Source: Eledone cirrhosa (taxonomy: Eukaryota). Taken from it: a stretch of DNA of 64,000 bases. Below, piece by piece: positions 54,856-64,000 of this stretch. The stretch lies in NCBI GenBank assembly GCA_964016885.1, contig OZ024744.1, positions 28,272,001 to 28,336,000 on the forward strand, read 5' to 3'. The notes under the pieces are model-generated. The model searched no databases and was not told the DNA's origin. It saw only the letters and a program-made list of their open reading frames with translations. A program made the position numbers and the translations under genes. The number at the start of each line of letters is the position of its first letter. Position 1 is the first letter of the stretch.

Positions 54856-57800
54856 TTGTTGTTGTCGTTGTTATCACTGTTAATGTCATTGTTGTTGTTG
54901 TTTTTGTCGCTGTTATTATGGTTATTGTCACTGTGGTTGTTGTTGTTCTCGCTGTTATGACAGTTATTGTCACTGTTGTTGTTGTTGTTGTCGCTGTTAT
55001 AACTGTTATTGTCACTGTTGTTGCTGTTGTAGCTTTTATCACTGTTATTGACACTGTTGTTATTGTTGTCGCTGTTATAACTCTTATTGTCACTGTTGTT
55101 GTTGTTGTCGATGTTATTGTCACTGTTGTTGTTTTGTTGTTGTTGTTGTCGTCGCTGTTGTAACTGTTATTGCCATTGTTGTTGTTGTTGTTGTCTCTAT
55201 TATCACTGTTATTGTTACTGTTGTTGTTGTCGCTGTTATAACTGATATTGTTATTGGTGTTTTTGTTGTCGCTGTAATAACTGTTATTGTCATTATTGTT
55301 GTTGTCGCTGTTATCACTGTTATTGTCACTGTTGTTGTTTTGTTGTTGTTGTTGTCGTCGTTGTCATCACTGTTATTGTCACTGTTGCTGTTGTTGTTGT
55401 CGTTGTTATCATGCTTATTGTCACTGTTGTTATTGTCGTTGTTGTCGTTGTCATCACTGTTATTGTCGCTGTTGTTGTTGTCGCTGTTATTTTCACTGTT
55501 GATGTTTTGTTGTTGTTGTTGTCGTCGTTGTCATCACTGTTATTGTCGCTGTTGTTGTCGTTGTTGTCGTTGTTATCATGGTTATTGTCACTGTTGTTGT
55601 TGTTGTTATTACTGTTATAGTCACTGTTGTTGTTGTCGCTGTTATAACTGTTATTGTCACTGTTGTTGTTGTTGTCATTGTTATCACTGTTATTGTCACT
55701 ATTGTTGTTGTCGCTGTTATCACTGTTATTGTCACTGTTGTTGTTGTTCTCGCTGTTATCACTGTTATTGTCACTGTTGTTGTGTTGTTGTCGCTGTTAT
55801 AACTGTTATTGTCAAAGTTGTTGTTGTCGCTGTTATAACTGTTATTGTCACTGTTATTGTTGTTGTCGCTGTTACCACTGTTATTGTCTTTGTTGTTGTT
55901 GTTCTCGCTGTTATCGCTGTTATTGTCATTGATGTTGTTGTCGCTGTTATCACTTATATTGTCATTGTTGTTGTTGTTGTCGCTGTTATAACTGTTATTG
56001 TCACTGTTGTTGTTGCTGTTGTCTCTGTCGTAACTCTTATTGTCACTGTTGTTGTTGTTGTTGTTGTCGTTGTTATCACTGTTATTGTCATTATTGTTGT
56101 TCTCGCTGTTATCACTGGTATTGACACTGTTGTTGTTGTTGTCGCTGTTATAACTGTTATTGTCTCTGTTGATGTTGTTGTTGTCGCTGTTATAACTGTT
56201 ATTGTCACTGTTGTTGTTGTCGCTGTTATAACTCTTATTGTCACTGTTGTTGTTGTTGTCGTTGTTATCACTGTTATTGTCATTATTGTTGTTGGCGCTG
56301 TTATCACTGTTATTGTTGTCGCTGTTATCACTGTTATTATCCCTGTTGTTGTTGTCGCTGTTATAACTGTTATTGTCACTATTGCTTTTGTTGTTGTCGC
56401 TCTTATCACTCTTATTGTCATTGTTGTTGTTGTTTTCGCTGCTATCCCTGTTATTGTTACTGTTGTTGTTCTCGCTGTTATCACTGTTATTGTCACTGTT
56501 GTTGTTGTCGCTGTTATATCTGTTATTGTCACTGTTGTTATTGTTGCTGTCTCTGTTATCACTGTTATTGTCATTGTTGTTGTTGTTGTACTCGCTGTTA
56601 TCACTGTTATTGTCACTGTTGTTGTCGATGTTATCACTGTTATTTTCATTGTCACTGTTATAACTGTTATTGTCATTGTCGTTGTTGTTGTCGCTGTTAT
56701 CACTGTTATTGTCATTGTTGTTGTTGTTGTCGCTGTTATCACTGTTATTGTCACTGTTGTTGTTGTTGTCCCTGTTATCACTTTTATTGTCACTGTTGTC
56801 GTTGTTGTCTCTGCTATCACTGTTATTGTCATTGTTGTTATTGTTGTTGTCGCTGTTATAACTGTTATTGTCATTGTTGTTGTTGTCGCTGTTATAACTG
56901 TTATTGTCACTGTTGTCGTTGTCCCTGTTATAACTGTTACTGTCACTGTTGTTGTTGTCGCTGTTATCACTGTTATTGTCACTGTTGTTGTCGCCGTTAT
57001 CACTGTTATTGTCATTGTTGTTGTTGTCGCTGTTATAACTGTTATTGTCATTGTTGTTGTTGTTGTTGTCGTTGTTATCACTGTTATTGTCATTGTTGTT
57101 GTCGCTGTTATCACTGTTATTGTCACTGTTGTTGTTGTTGTCGCTGTTATCACTGTTATTGTCACTGTTGTTGTCGCTGTTATAAATGTTATTGTCACTG
57201 TTGTTGTTGTCGCTGTTATAACTGTTATTGTCACTGTTGTTGTTGTTGTCGCTGTTATAACTGTTATTGTCACTGTCGTTTTTGTTCTCGCTCTTATCAC
57301 TGTTATTGTCACTGTTGTTGTTGTTGTCGCTGTTATCACTGTTATTGTTCTGTTGTTGTTGATGTCGCTGTTATAACTGTTATTAGCATTGTTGTTGTTG
57401 TTGTCTCTGTTATCACTGTTATTGTCAATATTGTTGTTGTCGCTGTTATAACTTTTTTGTTATTGTTATTGTTGTTATTGTTGTTGTCGCTGTTATAACT
57501 GTTATTGTCACTGTTGTTGTTGTCGCTGTTATAACTGTTATTGTCACTGTTTTTGTTGTTGTCGCTGTTATAACTGTTATTGTCACTGTTGTTGTTGGTG
57601 TTGTCGCTGTTATCACTGTTATTGTCACTGTTGTTGTTGTCGCTGTTATCACTGTTATTGTCACTGTTGTTGTCGCCGTTATCACTGATATTGTCATCGT
57701 TGTTGTTGTCGCTGTTATAACTGTTATTGTCATTGTTGTTGTTGTTGTTGTCGCTGTTATAACTGTTATTGTCACTGTTGTTGTTGTTGTCGCTGTTATA

Positions 57801-60800
57801 ACTGTTATTGTCACTGTCGTTTTTGTTCTCGCTCTTATCACTGTTATTGTCACTGTTGTTGTTGTCGCTGTTATAACTGTTATTGACATTGTTGTTGTTG
57901 TCGCTGTTATAACTGTTATTGTCACTGTTGTTGTCTCTGTTATTGTCACTGTTGTTGTTTTGTTGTTGTTGTTGTTGTTGTTGTCGCTGTTATCACTGTT
58001 ATTGTTCTGTTGTTGTTGATGTCGCTGTTATAACTGTTATTGCCATTGTTGTTGTTGTTGTCTCTGTTATCACTGTTATTGTCACTATTGTTGTTGTCGC
58101 TGTTATAACTTTTTTGTTATTGGTGTTGTTGTTGTCGCTGTTATGACTGTTATTGCCATTGTTGTTGTAGTCGCTGTTATCACTGTTAATGTCATTGTTG
58201 TTGTTGTTTTTGTCGCTGTTATTACTGTTATTGTCACTGTGGTTGTTGTTGTTCTCGCTGTTATCACAGTTATTGTCACTGTTGTTGTTGTCGCTGTTAT
58301 AACTGTTATTGTCACTGTTGTTGTTGTTCTTGTCGCTGTTATAACTGTTATTGTCACTGTTGTTGTTGTAGCTTTTATCACTGTTATTGACACTGTTGTT
58401 ATTGTTGTCGCTGTTATAACTGTTATTGTCACTGTTGTTGTTGTGGTTCTCGCTGTTATAACTGTTATTGTGACTGTTGTTGTTGTTGTCGCTGTTATAA
58501 CTGTTATTGTCATTGTTGTTGTTGTTGTCGCTGTTATCACTGTTATTGACACTGTCGTTGTTGTTGTTCTCGCTGTTATCTCTGTTATTGTCACTGTTGT
58601 TGTTGTTGTCGCTGTTATAACTGTTATTGTCACTGTTGTTGTTGTTGTCGCTATTATATCTGTTATTGTCACTGATGTTGTTGTTGCTGTCTCTGTTATC
58701 ACTGTTATTGTCATTGTTGTTGTTGTTGTTGTACTCGCTGTTATCACTGTTATTGTCACTGTTGTTGTCGATGTTATCACTGTTATTTTCATTGTTGTTT
58801 TTGTTGTCACTGTTATAACTGTTATTGTCATTGTTGTTGTTGTTGTCGCTGTTATCACTGTTATTGTCATTGTTGTTGTTGTTGTCCCTGTTATCACTGT
58901 TATTGTCACTGTTGTTGTTGTTGTCCCTGTTATCACTGTTATTGTCACTGTTGTCGTTGTTGTTGTCACTGTTATTTATAAATGTTATTGTCACTGTTGT
59001 TGTTGTCGCTGTTATAACTGTTATTGTCACTGTTGTTGTCGCTGTTATAACTGTTATTGTCACTGTTTTTGTTGTTGTCGCTGTTATAACTGTTATTGTC
59101 ACTGTTGTTGTTGTTGTTGTCGCTGTTATCACTGTTATTGTCACTGTTGTTGTCGTTGTCTCTGTTATCACTGTTATTGTCATTGTTGTTATTGTTGTTG
59201 TCGCTGTTATAACTGTTATTGTCATTGTTGTTGTTGTCGCTGTTATAACTGTTATTGTCACTGCTGTCGTTGTCCCTGTTATAACTGTTACTGTCACTTT
59301 TGTTGTTGTTGCTGTTATCACTGTTATTGTCACTGTTGTTGTCGCCGTTATCACTGTTATTGTCATTGTTGTTGTTGTCGCTGTTATAACTGTTATTGTC
59401 ATTGTTGTTGTTGTTGTTGTCGCGTTTATCACTGTTATTGTCATTGTTGTTGTCGCTGTTATCACTGTCATTGTCACTGTTGTTGTTGTTGTCGCTGTTA
59501 TCACTGTTATTGTCACTGTTGTTGTCACTGTTATAAATGTTATTGTCACTGTTGTTGTTGTCGCTGTTATAACTGTTATTGTCACTGTTGTCGTTGTTGT
59601 CGCTGTTATAACTGTTATTGTCACTGTCGTTTTTGTTCTCGCTCTTATCACTGTTATTGTCACTGTTGTTGTTGTCGCTGTTATAACTGTTATTGTCATT
59701 GTTGTTGTTGTCGCTGTTATAACTGTTATTGTCACTGTTGTTGTCGCTGTTATTGTCACTGTTGTTGTTTTGTTGTTGTTGTTGTTGTCGCTGTTATCAC
59801 TGTTATTGTCACTATTGTTGTTGTCGCTGTTATAACTTTTTTGTTATTGGTGTTGTTGTTGTCGCTGTTATGACTGTTATTGTCATTGTTGTTGTAGTCG
59901 CTGTTATCACTGTTAATGTCATTGTTGTTGTTGTTTTTGTCGCTGTTATTACTGTTATTGTCACTGTGGTTGTTGTTCTCGCTGTTATCACAGTTATTGT
60001 CACTGTTGTTGTTGTTGTTGTCGCTGTTATAACTGTTATTGTCAATGTTGTTGTTGTTCTTGTCGCTGTTATAACTGTTACTGTCACTGTTGTTGTTGTC
60101 GCTTTTATCACTGTTATTGACACTGTTGTTATTGTTGTCGCTGTTATAACTGTTATTGTCACTATTGTTGTTGTGGTTCTCGCTGTTATAACTGTTATTG
60201 TGACTGTTGTTGTTGTTGTTGTCGCTGTTATAACTGTTATTGTCATTGTTGTTTTTGTCGCAGTTATCACTGTTATTGACACTGTCGTTGTTGTTGTTCT
60301 CGCTGTTATCACTGTTATTGTCACTGTTGTTGTTGTTGTCGCTGTTATAACTGTTATTGTCACTGTTGTTGTTGCTGTTGTCGCTGTCATAACTCTTATT
60401 GTCACTGTTGTTGTTGTTGTTGTTGTCGTTGTTATCACTGTTATTGTCATTATTGTTGTTCTCGCTGTTATCACTGGTATTGACACTGTTGTTGTTGTTG
60501 TCGCTGTTATCACTGTTATTGTTCTGTTGTTGTTGTTGTTGTCGCTGTTATAACTGTTATTGCCATTGTTGTTGTTGTTGTTGTCTCTGTTATCACTGTT
60601 ATTGTCACTGTTGTTGTTGTCGCTGTTATAACTGTTATTGTCTCTGTTGATGTTGTTGTTGTCGCTGTTATAACTGTTATTGTCACTGTTCTTGTTGTCG
60701 CTGTTATAACTCTTATTGTCACTGTTGTTGTTGTTGTCGTTGTTATCACTGTTATTGTCATTATTTTTGTTGGCGCTGTTATCACTGTTATTGTTGTCGC

Positions 60801-63800
60801 TGTTATCACTGTTATTATCCCTGTTGTTGTTGTCGCTGTTATAACTGTTATTGTCACTATTGCTTTTGTTGTTGTCGCTCTTATCACTCTTATTGTCATT
60901 GTTGTTGTTGTTCTCGCTGCTATCCCTGTTATTGTTACTGTTGTTGTTCTCGCTGTTATCACTGTTATTGTCACTGTTGTTGTTGTCGCTGTTATATCTG
61001 TTATTGTCACTGTTGTTATTGTTGCTGTCTCTGTTATCACTGTTATTGTCATTGTTGTTGTTGTTGTTGTACTCGCTGTTATCACTGTTATTGTCACTGT
61101 TGTTGTCGATGTTATCACTGTTATTTTCATTGTTGTTTTTGTTGTCACTGTTATAACTGTTATTGTCATTGTCGTTGTTGTTGTCGCTGTTATCACTGTT
61201 ATTGTCATTGTTGTTGTTGTTGTCGCTGTTATCACTGTTATTGTCACTGTTGTTGTTGTTGTCCCTGTTATCACTTTTATTGTCACTGTTGTCGTTGTTG
61301 TCTCTGCTATCACTGTTATTGTCATTGTTGTTATTGTTGTTGTCGCTGTTATAACTGTTATTGTCATTGTCGTTGTTGTCGCTGTTATAACTGTTATTGT
61401 CACTGTTGTCGTTGTCCCTGTTATCACTGTTATTGTCACTGTTGTCGCCGTTATAACTGTTATTGTCATTGTTGTTGTTGTCGCTGTTATAACTGTTATT
61501 GTCATTGTTGTTGTTGTTGTTGTCGTTGTTATCACTGTTATTGTCATTGTTGTTGTCGCTGTTATCACTCTTATTGTCACTGTTGTTGTTGTTGTCGCTG
61601 TTATCACTGTTATTGTCACTGTTGTTGTCACTGTTATAAATGATATTGTCACTGTTGTTGTTGTCGCTGTTATAACTGTTATTGTCACTGTTGTTGTTGT
61701 TGTCGCTGTTATAACTGTTATTGTCACTGTCGTTTTTGTTCTCGCTCTTATCACTGTTATTGTCACTGTTGTTGTTGTTGTCGCTGTTATAACTGTTATT
61801 CTCATTGTTGTTGTTGTCGCTGTTATAACTGTTATTGTCACTGTTGTTGTTTTGTTGTTGTTGTTGTTGTCGCTGTTATCACTGTTATTGTTCTGTTGTT
61901 GTTGATGTCGCTGTTATAACTGTTATTGCCATTGTTGTTGTTGTTGTCTCTGTTATCTCTGTTATTGTCAATATTGTTGTTGTCGCTGTTATAACTTTTT
62001 TGTTATTGGTGTTGTTGTCGCTGTTATGACTGTTATTGTCATTGTTGTTGTAGTCGCTGTTATCACTGTTAATGTCATTGTTGTTGTTGTTTTTGTCGCT
62101 GTTATTACTGTTATTGTCACTGTGGTTATTGTTGTTCTCGCTGTTATCACAGTTATTGTCACTGTTGTTGTTGTTGTTGTTGTCGCTGTTATAACTGTTA
62201 TTGTCACTGTTGTTGTTGTTGTCGCTGTTATCACTGTTATTGACACTGTCGTTGTTGTTGTTCTCGCTGTTATCACTGTTATTGTCACTGTTGATGTTGT
62301 TGTCGCTGTTATAACTGTTATTGTCACTGTTGTTGTTGCTGTTGTCGCTGTCATAACTCTTATTGTCACTGTTGTTGTTGTTTTTGTTGTTGTCGTTGTT
62401 ATCACTGTTATTGTCACTGTTGTTGTTGTGTTGTCGCTGTTATCACTGTTATTGTCACTGCTGTTGTTGTCACTGTTATAAATGTTATTGTCACTGTTGT
62501 TGTTGTTGTCGCTGTTATAACTGTTATTGTCATTGTTGTTGTTGTCGCTGTTATAACTGTTATTGTCACTGTTGTTGTTGTTGTCGCTGTTATTGTCACT
62601 GTTGTTGTTTTGTTGTTGTTGTTGTCGCTGTTATCACTGTTATTGTTCTGTTGTTGTTGTTGTTGTCGCTGTTATAACTGTTATTGCCATTGTTGTTGTT
62701 GTTGTTGTCTCTGTTATCACTGTTATTGTCACTGTTGTTGTTGTCGCTGTTATAACTGTTATTGTTGTTGTCGTTGTTATCACTGTTAATGTCATTGTTG
62801 TTGTTGTTTTTGTCGCTGTTATTATGGTTATTGTCACTGTGGTTGTTGTTGTTCTCGCTGTTATGACAGTTATTGTCACTGTTGTTGTTGTTGTTGTCGC
62901 TGTTATAACTGTTATTGTCACTGTTGTTGCTGTTGTAGCTTTTATCACTGTTATTGACACTGTTGTTATTGTTGTCGCTGTTATAACTCTTATTGTCACT
63001 GTTGTTGTTGTTGTCGATGTTATTGTCACTGTTGTTGTTTTGTTGTTGTTGTTGTCGTCGCTGTTGTAACTGTTATTGCCATTGTTGTTGTTGTTGTTGT
63101 CTCTATTATCACTGTTATTGTTACTGTTGTTGTTGTCGCTGTTATAACTGATATTGTTATTGGTGTTTTTGTTGTCGCTGTAATAACTGTTATTGTCATT
63201 ATTGTTGTTGTCGCTGTTATCACTGTTATTGTCACTGTTGTTGTTTTGTTGTTGTTGTTGTCGTCGTTGTCATCACTGTTATTGTCACTGTTGCTGTTGT
63301 TGTTGTCGTTGTTATCATGCTTATTGTCACTGTTGTTATTGTCGTTGTTGTCGTTGTCATCACTGTTATTGTCGCTGTTGTTGTTGTCGCTGTTATTTTC
63401 ACTGTTGATGTTTTGTTGTTGTTGTTGTCGTCGTTGTCATCACTGTTATTGTCGCTGTTGTTGTCGTTGTTGTCGTTGTTATCATGGTTATTGTCACTGT
63501 TGTTGTTGTTGTTATTACTGTTATAGTCACTGTTGTTGTTGTCGCTGTTATAACTGTTATTGTCACTGTTGTTGTTGTTGTCATTGTTATCACTGTTATT
63601 GTCACTATTGTTGTTGTCGCTGTTATCACTGTTATTGTCACTGTTGTTGTTGTTCTCGCTGTTATCACTGTTATTGTCACTGTTGTTGTGTTGTTGTCGC
63701 TGTTATAACTGTTATTGTCAAAGTTGTTGTTGTCGCTGTTATAACTGTTATTGTCACTGTTATTGTTGTTGTCGCTGTTACCACTGTTATTGTCTTTGTT

Positions 63801-64000
63801 GTTGTTGTTCTCGCTGTTATCGCTGTTATTGTCATTGATGTTGTTGTCGCTGTTATCACTTATATTGTCATTGTTGTTGTTGTTGTCGCTGTTATAACTG
63901 TTATTGTCACTGTTGTTGTTGCTGTTGTCTCTGTCGTAACTCTTATTGTCACTGTTGTTGTTGTTGTTGTTGTCGTTGTTATCACTGTTATTGTCATTAT
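52581..64000. repeat. Near-identical duplication: 52581-56094 recurs at 60487-64000 (offset 7906 bp), continuing past the window end
   Basis: ORF pairs 52610/60516, 54083/61989, 54734/62640, 55120/63026, 55771/63677 are all exactly +7906. One substitution noticed near 60766 (atttttgtt vs attgttgtt). Confidence 0.95.

Larger units (their letters stand above)
1..64000. repeat. Microsatellite-derived tandem satellite array; monomer GTCGCTGTTATMACTGTTATTGTCAYT(GTT)n, about 33-45 bp, head-to-tail; runs off both ends of the window
   Basis: The core gtcgctgttat[c/a]actgttattgtca[c/t]t followed by a GTT run recurs in essentially every line from base 1 to 64000, always on the same strand. No non-repeat sequence was seen. 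Confidence 0.98.

Noticed and set aside
1-64000. CRISPR-like array (constant ~27-bp core with a variable intervening segment)
   Set aside because: The intervening segments are only GTT runs, not unique spacers. The core itself varies, and there is no leader or cas gene.
1-64000. Canonical telomeric repeat or G-quadruplex array
   Set aside because: No TTAGG/TTAGGG-type unit, and GG dinucleotides are rare.
1-64000. Synthetic sequence or basecalling artefact
   Set aside because: Rare variants recur in colinear order across nested duplications with graded divergence, as expected of an evolved array. Exact copy numbers of the near-identical blocks still need read validation.
1-64000. Assignment to a specific organism or named satellite family
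   Set aside because: I do not recognise the monomer, and nothing in the window is taxonomically diagnostic. A database search is needed.

Overview
The whole 64-kb window is one uninterrupted, single-orientation tandem satellite array. I see no supportable gene, RNA gene, mobile element, CRISPR array or unique sequence. The monomer is a 27-bp core, GTC GCT GTT AT(C/A) ACT GTT ATT GTC A(C/T)T, followed by a variable (GTT)n tract (n mostly 2-6), giving about 33-45 bp and very roughly 1,500-1,900 copies. It looks like a (GTT/AAC)n microsatellite that diversified mostly by transitions into a 9-bp subunit (RTCRCTGTT), then a ~36-bp monomer, then nested higher-order duplications (offsets of about 0.3, 0.63, 1.5, 2.0, 2.47, 2.9, 5.2, 7.9, 8.8 and 11.2 kb). 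The left part is a more rearranged mosaic and the right part is made of near-identical recent copies. All ORFs in the track are explained by the stop-poor R-Y-Y triplet composition. The architecture resembles eukaryotic heterochromatic satellite DNA, but organism and chromosomal position cannot be determined from this window. Duplication boundaries were read by eye from diagnostic variants and ORF-track offsets and are approximate.
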